Of a DNA stretch of 64,000 nucleotides, positions 52,064 through 64,000 are shown piece after piece. The position numbers and the translations under genes are program-made. Numbering within the stretch: position 1 is the stretch's first letter; each line of letters opens with the position of its first letter. The stretch comes from Gekko japonicus (taxonomy: Eukaryota), in contig NW_015159726.1 in assembly GCF_001447785.1 (NCBI RefSeq), positions 769,988 through 833,987 on the forward strand, in the 5' to 3' direction. The notes beneath the pieces are model-generated. The model was not told the origin of the DNA. It made no database searches and saw nothing but the letters and a program-made list of their open reading frames with translations.

Positions 52064-54578
52064 CTTCCAGAAAATCTTAATGCAAGACTCCTTTCAGTGC
52101 TGGAATATTACTGCACATTCATGGAGTGCAATAATACTGTATAGATTTTTTTTTAAGTTAATTCAACCAGTTTGGCACTAGACAATGCAGGCATTAACAA
52201 CTTATGTTTTTTATTTACATCTAAAAAGATGGCAAAATGAGTTAGAATCCTAAGTTTTTCCTTGGGGAAGGAAAATGTCTGATATGCTATATATAGAAGT
52301 TATGTTCTATCTGTAGTTTAAAATGGATCTGTAGGAGTATTGGTTGTCTCTTAAACTGGTTTGGATAATATGATGACTGTCAGACATTGCTGATTTGGCT
52401 ATGTAATTTTTGTATATTTTCAGAGTATATTGCTGAGTGAATGGTGCAATGTATACTAAATTATATAAACAAAAAAATATGCAGAGTAACTGCCCTAAAC
52501 TTTGTGACTTTAAAGAAGACCAACTGCTCTTCAGATTCCCTTGATAATTTGACGTTTTCTTTGTGGACCAGTCTAAGCGGTCAGATAGCTGGGCCTTTAT
52601 ACTGTCCTGAATATAAACTAAGCAAACCAATTTAAATAAAGAAATTTCATTTATGTGTGAAGTATCTTGAATCATAAATAAATTTGACCAGTTACCAGAC
52701 CAATCTTTTTGAAGGTAAGTGAAGGTAAAAGAAAACTGCTTTTACTTTATTTATGAAACCTCAACTTTCTCAGTCCTTGGGAGTTCTCAGAAGACCATCA
52801 TGTAACAACTGAATACTATCCTAATAATCTGCAGAGTTACATTTAATCTAGTTCTCAAAATGAGCACCACCCTACTCATTCCTTCTTGGCTGCATACAAA
52901 AGAAGGGAAAGCTTTTTGTTTGGCTGGACGGGAATGGAGGTTCATGCAGAACCAGAACTTAACTGTTAAACAATACATAAAGCATTAGCTCTCTAGCAAG
53001 AAGCAGGGGAGTCACAACCCATCCTTTTTTCAAGTATCGGTAGATTCAGGTTAAAAAGGGAGAGGCAGAAAACTTCTTCAGATGCTTCATTACTATTAAT
53101 TAAAACTTATCAATATTTGAAGGCTGTAATAGGTGTGTGCATGCACTTCCCCCCTCCCCCAGCCTTTTTCCTACGTAGCATGGGGAGAAGGTTTAGTGTA
53201 GCCAGATAAAGAGTTACAAGTAGCATCTTTACTTAAAAAATGAATACGCTTACAGTTTTGAGCAGGTAGGCTGGTAAGAGTGTGTTCACCAATGGCATAT
53301 TTCACTGTGAATCCTAAAAGTTAATCTACAGTTGCTTTCTCTCTGTGTGAAACAACCATGTGGCAGAAATCTAATCACAGCAAAACAGCAGACTCTGATA
53401 CAAGTGAGAACTGGATTACTAGCCATTTTAATCAGAAAAATCTTCCTAGCATACTACAAATTTCTCCTGCAGCTCAAAATGGATATGGTAGTGTTCAAGG
53501 ATAGTCATAGTACGTTACTCCCTTGATCATGCAACTTGGCTGTCAGTAACAGAGACTTTGTTCATCTTAAATACTGGTTGTAAAGCCTCTGTTGATGTAT
53601 TGTCAGTTGTAGGAATTCTGTTTTGTCCATCAGTCAGGTAAAAGGAATGTAGACATTTATTCGCAGTTGTATGAACTCCTTTCCACTAGGTTAGGGTATG
53701 AATGCAAACACAGGAAAAATGATGTTAACACTATATGCTTGACCCAGTATTCTCAGTTATGAACTTATGATCTTTTAATAGTTTTGTTGCCAGCTTGTGT
53801 GCATGTTTTAATAAACTTGGTTGATTTAAAAAATTTTGGTTTATATCCTGAGGCACAATATATACACAGCTGGACCTCTATCTAACAAGATTGTAAGGTA
53901 CAGACCACTAAAATACTCTTACGTAGTTATCTGTTGACCAACTCTGGAGCCTTTTGAGTAACCCATTAAATACCTTCAGGCTTGGGGGGTGTAATTTATA
54001 GAATCTTTTACTGATCAAACTTTTCATCCTGTTCTTCCAAGTTCAGGGTGGTTTCTGTTTCCCTTCCCTCCATTCTATCATTCAGCCCTGACAGACAAGT
54101 TGTGCTGAAAGAGAGAGCATGATTGTTCCAAAGTAATCAAGTGAACAGAACGGGGATTTGAAGCTGGGTGTCTCCTATCCTAGTCTGATACTAATCTCTT
54201 TAGTACGCTGGCTCTCTAGGAGTTCAAATACATCCACTGCGGTTCTTAACCTGCACATCAATCATGTGCTTTCAAACTAAGAAAATGAGAATGTACCTGT
54301 GTTTATAGTTCATTATGTTGCTAGGTGATGAATTTTCACAAGCTGTTCCTGTACAGGATATCTAATCCACAATGCTTTTCCTAGCCTTCCTGCCTAAGTG
54401 GACAGTGACTGTAATAGGCACTTCAACATGTGCGCGTAGTGTGGCTACTGTTTGAGAAGAGTTGGTGGCTTGCAGCATCTGGTCAATGAGTAGTGCTGCC
54501 ATTGCCGTTCTGCTCCACTCAGCAGTCCAGGGTAGCGACTCAGGTGAAAGCTTGCTGCTTGGCAGGTAGTTTGAGTAG

Positions 54579-55011
54579 AGAAAGAGGTACTTTTCTCCCT
54601 TTCTCACAACACAAGAACTCATGGGCACTCAATGAAATTGCTGAGCGGTCGGGTTAGAATGGATAAAAGGAAGTACTTCTTTACCCAAAGAGTGATTAAC
54701 ACATGGAATTCACTGCCACAGGAGGTGGTGGCGGCTACAAGCATGGACGGCTTCAAAGGGGAATTAGATAGGCATATGGAGCAGAGGTCCATCAGTGGCT
54801 ATTAGCCACAAGGTATAGATAGGGGCTCTGGGGCAAGTGATGCTCTGTCTTCTTGGTGCTTGGGGGGGCCAACAGTGGGAGGGCTTCTAATGTCCTGGCC
54901 CCACTGGTGGACCTCCTGATGGCACCTGGTATTTTTGGCCACTGTGTGACAGAGTGTTGGACTGGTTGGGCCTTTGGCCTGATCCAACATTGGCGTCTCT
55001 TATGTTCATAT
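54579..55011 (+). mobile_element. Second, shorter copy of the CR1 family at 17673-18729
   Basis: High identity to about 18297-18729, including the TCTTATGTTC tail. Confidence 0.92.
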
Positions 55012-55069
55012 GCTGCCCGTATGGTTACAGCCACCGTATGCTGACCTTTTATGTAGCAACCTTGGGGTT

Positions 55070-55316
55070 AACCGCTTGTTGTAGTGGTTAGGAGCGCAGA
55101 CTCTAATCTGGGAGAACCGGGTTTGATTCCCCACTCCTCCACATGCAGCTGCTGGTGTGACCTTGGGTCAGTCACAGTTCTCTCAGAGCTCTCTCAGCCC
55201 CACCTACCTCAGAGGGTGGTTGCTGTGGGGAGGGGAAGGGAAAGAAGATTGTAAAGTGCTCTGAGATTCCTTCAGGTATTAAAGGGTGGGGTATAAATCC
55301 AATCTCCTCTTCCTCC
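55070..55316 (+). mobile_element. Squam3-like SINE
   Basis: TGTAGTGGTTAGGAG...GGTTTGATTCCCCACTCC...GGTATAAATCCAATCTCCTC. Confidence 0.85.
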
Positions 55317-55354
55317 TTAATATGACAGCTTCTATTTGTTAGGAGTGTAACGTA

Positions 55355-55545
55355 GATGGCCTGGGCTAGTCCAATCTTGTCAGATCTCGTAAGCTAAGCA
55401 GGTTCAGCCCTGGTTAGTACTTGGATGGGAGACCACCGAGGAAATCCAGGGTCGCTATGCAAAGGCAAGCACTATTCTGAATGTCTATTGCCTTGAAAAC
55501 CCTACAGGGTCACCATAAATCAGGTGCAAGTTAATGGCATTTTCC
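55355..55545 (+). mobile_element. 5S rRNA-derived SINE
   Basis: GATCTCGTAAGCTAAGCAGGTTCAGCCCTGGTTAGTACTTGGATGGGAGACCACC followed by a non-5S body. Confidence 0.8.
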
Positions 55546-58387
55546 ATCATCAGTCTTATGTCTGTTGCAAATTGAAACAATGTTACTGCCTTCATTCTGC
55601 ACATCTTAGTTTGGGTGCATGTTGGGTTTATTCCCTTGCTCTTTTGATAAGGACATTTTGGAATTCATTAATTCATAGGGTCTCCATAAGTCAGAGTGAC
55701 TTGCACTTGATCCCTTCTACTTTTTTAATTTATGAAATGTTTTTTTAAATAGGAAAACAGTTGATTAAAAAAAAGTTTGGTGGAGAGAAAGAGAAAACAT
55801 TCACAGTTGGCCAGTAAGCCACTAGAACCTAGGTGGCACATTAACAAAAAAGGTTTCTTATGAGTGAGAGAGGAAAGAACGTTGCTTTGAACTTGGTGAG
55901 GATTGGAGTGAAAGTATTTTAGAGCACCTGAGAACCTTTACCATATAACATTCTTGGATGTTCATAGTCAAGGTGTGAAGTAATAAGCACTCTAAATAAA
56001 AGATGGCTTTTAAATTTTTAAGGACTTTGTACTCGGCCCCGTTTTTCACTCTACAAAGAGCTTCATCTTTTAGACTACAAAATTAATGTTGGGCTTCTAA
56101 AATACAAGGCTAACATGTTAGACCAGAGACATCAAACTCTTAAATTTTATACCTAGGAAATAGTTACCTTATTTCACTTGTTGATACCACTAAGTGGCGG
56201 TAACTATTTTCCTGCTCAGAAAACCAATTTCTGTAATTCTGTGCACTGTCTCTTGTGATTGCATCTCATTGCTCTTTAAAAACACAGGTAAAAGCTTCTG
56301 GCCCTAAAAGGTTGGCAAATGTTCTGTGTGAATTGCTTAGAAACAGCCAAAAGGTAACAAACCCCTTTGGAGCAGTGTTTGCAGAGCTATTTTTGGATGC
56401 TGTCTTGGTAGTTATTAACAAGAAGTCACTAGTGATACCAGTCTTGTAGTGCTTGACATAATATCAGAATCTGCAATAAATGTAAAGTTAATGAAAGCAG
56501 ACTGTTTGGACAGAGGATAAATTGACAGTGTACTGGAGTGAGTCTCAGTTGACCAGTTTCATGCAGCTAGCTAAATATAGCAGAGTCAAGTACATCGTAT
56601 ATTTGTGTCTATATGCTGTAATACAGAAAACACTTAAAATTCAATTGTTCACATATGCAAAAGCCTGGACGCTTGTTTTGCTCAACATAGCAAGCTATTT
56701 GTGTGAGAAAGTTCACCTCATGGTCACCCTCAGGAGCCAGTGCTTTAGGGGGAAAGGGGATTACAGTGAAGTGGTTGTAGTTGTATGGGAATGCGCTGTT
56801 AAGGGATAAAAGATACTATCAAAAAAGTCCATCTTGTACTCCCTACCCCTAATTAATATACACTTATCAAAGGATGAGCATAAAGGACATGAATAATTTG
56901 TTTAACTATAGCTGCTGCTGTTTACTTCATTCTAGAAAACTGAAAATTTGCTTTTCTACTAAAGGAAGTTTCTGGTATTTTAGAAGTGTACCTGTTCCCA
57001 CCCTCCTCATTTTTGCTTCGGTATTTTTCCATCGGAAGTGTAATAACAAAATTATAATGTTCTGTCACTGGTGTTGGATGGATTTGGGTGTCTTTTTTTA
57101 AGTAGTAAGGTATATCTCAGCTTTCTTAGCGCTACCATCTCTTCTCTTCCTGCCATTTCACCAGCACCTTTAAATCATAGTGTAGTTAGAGGGAAAAGAG
57201 AGCTTTTTGTGATTGAGATATATATAAGTATCACAATAATAACTTTCAATTTCCAATGTCTTTATGTGCTCTGAGTTCAAAATAGTTCAAGCCTTGGACT
57301 GGAGTCAAGGATGCTCTTCTGCAAGCAGGAGGCAAGGAAACATCTGTGCTTCTATGGGTGGGAGGTGACTGCTGGTGGTGAGCAAGCAAGTGACTCCTGC
57401 CTTCCACCCATACCATGTCTGTTTCTGGTGCAAGAGAACTCTCCCATTCAGGTTGTCTCACCACCCTGCCTATGACTGTGTCACCAAGATGCCCTAATTA
57501 ACTTAAGTCTCCCTGGTCCTTTTACCCAGTCATCTATCCAGCCACCCCCATGGATTGACTCTGTGTTTATAAATGTCTCCTTACCATCATGGCATACATC
57601 CGGGGACCATCTTGTTTTAATTGAGTATTATTGTTGTTGTGATTAATTGTTATTAATGTTTTTATTGCTTTTACCTTGTTTTATATGGGCTTTGCCCCTT
57701 GTAAGCCGCCCTGAGCTCGCTTTGCGGGGAGGGGGGGTAAAAATCCCAATAAATAAATAGTGATATGCAACCCATTCAACAAAATAGCACAATTTCAACA
57801 AACCCCTGACCCAGACTTCTAAGGGCTCCCAAACTGCCAGTACCCTTAATCTCTTTATCAACTGTGCCCTGGAGGGTTGATTCTTCTCAAGGCCCAGTAG
57901 GATAGGAAGTTGTATCCTGACCGCTGGGGCTACTGTCTGGATAGAACCCCACCAGCCAGGTGGAACTTACTGGCCCAGGCTAGAAGCTGGGTGTGGATGA
58001 TAAAAACCAGGAAATGTTCTGGCAGACTCATGCAGTACAACTCCCTTATCTATCAGCAAAAGAGAAAAATGGCATCCTAATTTTTCATAGTTGTGGGGAA
58101 AGTTAGAACAAATGTAAATAAAATTGCAAGTTACTGTGATTTCAGTAGGGATCCAAATCAAAGGGCAGGTGAGGTGGTCAAATCGGTAGAAATGGAATTA
58201 ACAGCTTTGTTTACTATATTGCTTACATCACGGCTCAGGAGGAAAAGTGAATGTGGTTCTCTTAAACCGTAACAGGTGAACAAACACTGCTGGCTGTATA
58301 TGCACACACATGGAGAGATCATGCACTTTCCCTGCGTTTATCACATGCACTTCTTTTCTGTAGACAAATGCAAAAACATTTAGGCTT

Positions 58388-58670
58388 TCATAGAATCAAA
58401 GAGTGGGAAAGAACCTCCAGGGTCATCTAGTCCAACCCCCTGCTTCCTGACCCCAAAGTGGTGATCAGCATTTCCCTGGGTGTGTAAGAAAGGGCCATGA
58501 GATCTAAGCACTGATGCAACCCTTCCTGCCCTCCCTTCTCGTGATCTGCCTAAATTAACAGAATCAGCATTGCTGTCAGATGGCCATCTAGTCTCTCTTT
58601 AAAAACTCCAAAGAAGGAGAGCCCACCACCTCCCGAGGAAGACTGTTCCACTGAGGAACCGCTCTAACAG
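58388..58670 (-). mobile_element. CR1 LINE 3' fragment
   Basis: CATAGAATC...GGTCATCTAGTCCAACCCCCTGC; minus ORF TVRAVPQWNSLPREVVGSPSLEF. Confidence 0.8.
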
Positions 58671-59587
58671 TGGGAATGCACACCGATATTCTGCCACTAT
58701 GCTTGTTCCCTCTCCTGTTCATGTGCATGTGAAGGCAGGCCAAGGGAGTGGGAGAGAAGAAGAAATGGTCTGTAGTCAACCAGAACAGATCTAGTTGCTC
58801 ACACCAGGGAGAAAACGACCCAAAAGCTTTCCAAAGGAGTCAGGGAATACTGTCAGATCCACTTCACGTTTCCAGACATCAGGCAACTTTCCTGGATTGG
58901 TGTGGTAGCCGCTTAGCTGGGGTGGGTGGGTAATGAACGATTGCAATTAAGACCTGTTTTCCTCCTGGGATCAAACAATCAGTTACTTCTCATTGACACG
59001 CTTTATATGTCGATAGCATCAACACATGGAGTCGTTTTTCTGCATGGACAAGGAAAACACCGTTTATTGCATTGACTCATTTTAGAAGCCTAATAGGAAG
59101 GGCTAGAATGTCTCTCTGCTTTGTTTGCCCAACTCCTTCCTTATCTTTATGCGTCAAAGACACTTTCAGAAATTGATTGAACAAGCCTGCCTTCCCAGCT
59201 GTTCCCCTCACCCATCTGAGCCAATGAGTTCCTTTTGCCTGGAGCCTTCAGTTGGGGGAGGACTTTGGTCTCCCATGCATCTCCAAACACATCCCTGCCA
59301 GGTGAAGAACAAAGGCTACAGGTGAAGGCTGTAATCACGGAGGGAAAAGAAATAAGGAACTGGGAGCTTCAATTATGTTGGCGACGGCTCCTGGTACAGG
59401 CAGTTTGCAGCCATTCCAGATGGTTTGACAGCAGGACCAAGCCAAAGGATTCCAGCCAAGAGATCTTTTTCTTTCTGCAGGACCTTTGGCAGTTTGCAAA
59501 CAGAACAGCATGTTTGCTTCTAGCTTGATGGCACCTCATGTAGGTACACCTTGAAGCCAATGTTCCTATCCCTGTCTCATAACAAAG

Positions 59588-60643
59588 ATGCCCAATGTTA
59601 CGTATGCGGTGCTTCATTTCCTCTTGTGCATCCTCATCCCCTCCACCAACCTGCTGGTCATCAGAGTCCTTTGGCAGCTGAGGAAGAAGAAGCCAAGCAG
59701 AAACTATATCTTCATCCTTAACTTGGCAGCTGCTGATTTACTGGTCGGTGTGATGTGCTTCGGGGAAGCACTGGATGATGCCATAGACATAGCATTGGAC
59801 AGAAACCAAACTGTTTGTCTCTTGAGGATCTGCATGAGCATTACTCCTTGCATTGGCTCCATATTGACCTTGCTCTTGGTTTCCCTGGACAGGTACTTGG
59901 CAGTGAAGCTGCCTCTTTATTACCCTACCCTCATGAGGAAGAAGCCGATCATCTTCTCTCTCGTTGTGCTGTGGAGTGTTTCCTTATTGGTGGGGAACAT
60001 GCCACTTATTTCCTCCTACCTGCAGCAGGGCAATTTCACGGGTGAGTGTGGGCTCTTGTCTGCCACCAAGAGTGACTATCTGTTCATAATCTGCTTCGGC
60101 ATCTTCATCCCTGCTTTGTTGACCCTCGTCTGTTTGCACATTTCAGTGGGAAGGATTGCCTACCTACAGCACAAGAGGATCCGGCATGCCTTCCTGCACA
60201 TGGACACCTCCTCTGCTCATTTCCGCCATTTCAAAGCACTGAGGACAGTTCTTGTTGTGATCATCTGCTTCATTCTCTTCTGGGGCCCTTATTATGTGGC
60301 AGCCATTGTGAAAGCGACCTGCAGTTCCTGCATTCTAAGTCCACTGCTGAAGGATTTACTATTCATTCTAGGAGAAACCAATTCCCTGGTCAATCCTTTC
60401 ATCTACTCACTATACAGCAAAGATATAAGAACTCAGCTTTCCAAACTGATAACGTGCAAGACCAAAGGCCAAATAAAACCATGTAGGGCTAATGACCTGG
60501 CTCGGATCCATTTCAATATGAGGGCTCAATGTAACTTAGCCTCTGGAGGAGCCACAAAACGAGATTCGTCTGGGGAGCAAGCTTCTAACTCTCCTACCTT
60601 CAAGAGTTCTTCAGACTTCAAAACAGTGTTCTCAGTATCTTGA
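59588..60643 (+). CDS. Single-exon class A GPCR, GPR119-like (glucose-dependent insulinotropic receptor-like paralogue), 351 aa
   Basis: Seven hydrophobic segments; TN in TM1, NLAAADL in TM2, C + DRY in TM3, W in TM4, FKALRTV...FWGP in TM6, CxxC in ECL3, NSLVNPFIY in TM7. Very short N-terminus as in GPR119; AATAAA at 60711. Confidence 0.92.
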   Translation: MPNVTYAVLHFLLCILIPSTNLLVIRVLWQLRKKKPSRNYIFILNLAAADLLVGVMCFGEALDDAIDIALDRNQTVCLLRICMSITPCIGSILTLLLVSLDRYLAVKLPLYYPTLMRKKPIIFSLVVLWSVSLLVGNMPLISSYLQQGNFTGECGLLSATKSDYLFIICFGIFIPALLTLVCLHISVGRIAYLQHKRIRHAFLHMDTSSAHFRHFKALRTVLVVIICFILFWGPYYVAAIVKATCSSCILSPLLKDLLFILGETNSLVNPFIYSLYSKDIRTQLSKLITCKTKGQIKPCRANDLARIHFNMRAQCNLASGGATKRDSSGEQASNSPTFKSSSDFKTVFSVS

Positions 60644-61212
60644 TCTGTACTTGATTAAACAAAAACCTGGCCTTAAGAGAGGCGAAGAGGTTTCTTGTGC
60701 ATTGGCAATCAATAAAGAGGTAATGTAGGAAACGTTCCCTTCTGCAATCAGGGTTTGGAACCAAGATTTGTGTTGCCTCTCTCATAAGTTGATCTCCTGG
60801 ATAGACAATGATCTGGTGATCCAAAGATCACCATAAGTGGGTTAACTAATATGTTATATATATATTTACAGCTAGCCAGAGTGTTAAACTACAACTACAA
60901 ATGCCATGGATATCATATATTTCTTGGTCATCCAGGGAATGGTTTATATGCGCTATTCTGAAACCCGTAAATGGGATAATGTCTTGGAAGTGGCATATTG
61001 GGCAGAATGCTTTGAATTACCAAATAAAGGGCTAAAAACAATCAATTTTTTAAAAGTCCTCTTTGTTTCTAGCAAGCAACTGAGTCTGATGTTCTAACAC
61101 TCCCTCTTTATACTACAGCAGGGGTGTGGGTTGAAATCAATGTCTTGTTTCATCAAGTTTTGCCTGACTGAGAGTTTAGAGAAGGACAAATGCCTGCCTA
61201 CTTTAATTGACA

Positions 61213-61398
61213 AGGGAGGGGCTGTGGCTCAGTGAAAGAGCCTCTGCTTGGCGTGCAGAAGTTCCCCTGTTCAATCCCTGGCATCTCAAGTTCAACGGGT
61301 AAAGTAGTAGGTGGTGTGAAAAAGACCTCTGCTTGAGAGCCTCTGCCAGTATGAATAGACAAGACTGACCACGATGGATCAGTATAAGGCAGCTTCAG
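61213..61398 (+). mobile_element. tRNA-derived SINE (Squam2-like)
   Basis: GGGGCTGTGGCTCAGTG (A box)...GTTCAATCCCTGGCATCTC (B box)...GTATAAGGCAGCTTC; a related 3' fragment lies at about 2760-2850. Confidence 0.75.
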
Positions 61399-62699
61399 GT
61401 ATTCCCACAAAGGGCAATTTGTGAGAGTAATTCCTACTATAAACACTGTAGAGATCCTTGAATTATTTCCCATTAATCAGGGGTGGTTTTTTTATTGCCG
61501 TTTCCATCCTGAGTTTGTTAATTTGTTGAGTTTTGGATTTTCAGATACAGGGGGTGTCACTCACTCCCTGTTTCCTGTAGCCAGAAGAGTTTTGTAGGTC
61601 TCTGGATGTGTAACCTGACTGGAAAGTCTTTTCTTCAGATCTTAGCTCTGTCTTCAGTAGTCTTTAGCCAACTTGTATTCTTTGGGTTTCAGCCATCCAC
61701 CAAGCTGATTTATGCAAAGGACTCTGAGCATTTAGGAAAAGTGCTGTGTGAATGGGTGATTATTTTATGTAAAAGTCTGAAGATGATCCTTTAAATTAAA
61801 CCAGGATGAGAAACTAGGAAAAAACAGCTGAAGTTTCTCCAAGTAACACTGAACCCACCGACAGATTTCTGGTCATGCTTCGCATGTCTTTTTTGTTGTT
61901 GTCATTTTAAGGTTTATGTTATCTTCTATAAGCAAATATATCAGTTTCCATCAGTGCAATCTTAAGAAGATTTATATCTTTCTAAACCCACTGATGTCAA
62001 CTGACTTAGAAGATACAACTCTTCTTAGGATTACACTGCATATGTTGTCTAGATAAGGGGGGGGGAGAGAAAGAGAAGAAAAACTGAAATGAGCGAAACA
62101 TTCTACAGTGTGCATTTTGATGCTGCTCCTTTTTAATTGAAGCATCAATAAATAATGTGAAATAAAGATGTATCTTTGTTATGTGTTATTCTGTCATGCT
62201 TCTTGTAGTTCAGTGTTACTTATTCCAGTTGTTGGGTTTAATCTGTAGCTATTGTTCTGTTGAAGTTATTAATCCCACACATCTGTTGCTGGTAGTCTGG
62301 ACAGGCATGGATCACTAGTTTAAAAACTGGGTTGTAGAATTTTAGCCCTTTCCAATTTGAATATCTATGCAATTAACTCATTCCACAGATAAATCCCACA
62401 GATGTTCTCTGTCATGCTAATGGGTCCATTACATAAGGATGGAGTCAAAGTAAAAGAGCAGGGAAACCAGAGCTGAATTAACATAAAACGAAGGTGTATA
62501 ACACTAAGCTCAAATGTGGACCCATATCTTTTGTGTCACTGGACCTGGTAACAGCTGCATCTTGGAAAAAGTTGGAGGATATTTCCGTTGGTGCAGAATG
62601 CTGAACCTCAAATGGTACCAGGAGCTAGGTGGAGCACGCACGTTACTCCCATTCTGCAGTCACTCCATTGGCTGCTCAACAGTTACTGAACTCAGATCA

Positions 62700-63248
62700 A
62701 GGTATCAGCTGTCGTAGTTCTTCATGGCCTTGGAGCCTCATATCTTGCAAGACCACTTTTTAACCTGTGTCCTGCCACGACAGCTTCACTCATCTGAGCA
62801 GGGCTTTCTGCACATGCCACCCTACAGGTGGGCATGGTCAACAACTGCCTGTACACAGGCCTTCCCTGTAATGGCCCCTGCCTTGTGGAATGGCCCGCCT
62901 GAGGAGGTCAGGAAGGTTCCCACGCTCCTGACATTTTGCAACCTATGTAAAACGGAATTATTCAGGGCATTTTTGTAATAAAACCAGAGGTACACTGTAA
63001 GAGGTTGGTTCAGTAAAATGTACTATATGCCTACTGATGTAATTATGTTTCTGCATTCTTTAACATATCATGTACATTGTTCACCTATGCTTTGTTCAGA
63101 TGACAGCTCCATTTCAAAATTTCTGCAAGTCCTAGTGCTATTACATTGCTTATTAGATGTATAATCCTATTGATTGCATTGATTTTACATTGCATAATCT
63201 GCTTTGAGTCTCAGTGAGAAAGGCGGTCTATAAATAACATAAATAAAA
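62700..63248 (+). mobile_element. L2-type LINE 3' end
   Basis: AFPVMAPALWNGPPEEVR...CKTELF remnant; TGAGTCTCAGTGAGAAAGGCGG.CTATAAAT..AAATAAA tail. Confidence 0.7.
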
Positions 63249-64000
63249 GGCTAGTGTTTGATCTCCTGCCCACCAGAGGTTCCCAGTTCCTCTTCTAGCC
63301 TGAAAGTTATCAGGTTGAGAGGGGAATGAATAAGAATGGTAATTAATGAACATGAACACAGTTACTGTTATAGCAGGACAAATGCAGTGAATTTAATAGA
63401 ATAGTGTAAAAAGATTTCATCAAATGTAGCTGGTGAGTCTTCTAGAGATTTCCTTCCGTGGCCGGACATATAGATAAGTTCTGGAGGTATCTTCTAAAAT
63501 GACAAATGAACCCAAATTCTTCTGTCTTAGCACCATTGGACAGCACTCTATCTCATCCTCCCCCAGCAACAGCAACTGACCAGTCATGGCTGGAAGAAAG
63601 ATTTCATCACCTTTTTATCTTTTGAGTAGGTTTGCAATGATGAAATATAGGAATTAGTCTCGGTCATTGTTATTTTTTTTTAGCTAAATATAGACATTCT
63701 GCTACACCATCTTTTTCCTAGACGGCATTTCATGATTTCATTAGTTAGTAGCAAAACCTAGTAAAAGCTATCCTAACAAAAATGGGTATTTTTCTGAAAT
63801 GGCTTTTTCATTTAAAAATATGGATGCATGGTACAGGCCTTTCTAAACAGTCTGAGAATGACTGCTAGCAAACAAGGAGAACCAAGAAGATGCAGCATAT
63901 TTTGTGCAAAGCATAAGTAGACCAATTGCTAAATGTATATCTGTATACTAATTCCCAACTGTCCCTTCTGTGTGCAGATACTTATTTCCACAGATGGGGG

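Noticed and set aside
55355-55460. 5S rRNA gene (also ~21800-21898, ~47870-47970, ~3330-3400)
   Set aside because: Only the internal control region matches. The 5' end is divergent and each copy continues into the same non-5S body, so these are SINEs.
63370-63495. Terminal exon of ERICH6, expected on the minus strand by synteny
   Set aside because: A possible acceptor (tcattttag) exists, but none of the three frames resembles the ERICH6 sequence I can recall.

Overview
Eukaryotic (squamate, most likely gecko) genomic DNA, judged from Sauria-SINE, Squam3-like SINE, 5S-derived SINE, CR1 and BovB repeats. It is syntenic with the human 3q25 block SERP1(-) / EIF2A(+) / SELENOT(+). SERP1 (3 coding exons, 66 aa) and EIF2A (14 coding exons, 586 aa) are head-to-head on one CpG island. 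SELENOT has an in-frame UGA (CVSU), a type-2 SECIS in its last exon, and coding exon 3 probably hidden in a 148-nt N gap. Downstream lies an intact single-exon class A GPCR that looks like a GPR119 paralogue with a charge-inverted, acidic pocket; I know of no counterpart at this locus in mammals. Other unusual items: a diverged tandem duplicate of SERP1 exon 1 that gained a ready-made splice acceptor; a stem-loop just after the SELENOT UGA; a 24-bp copy of EIF2A exon 6 inside intron 4; a candidate single-pass microprotein ORF; two long palindromes; and many young hAT/Harbinger MITEs with readable target-site duplications (TSDs), two of them with nested insertions. Gene identities and repeat family names rest on my recognition of the sequences, not on database searches, and repeat boundaries without a TSD are approximate.
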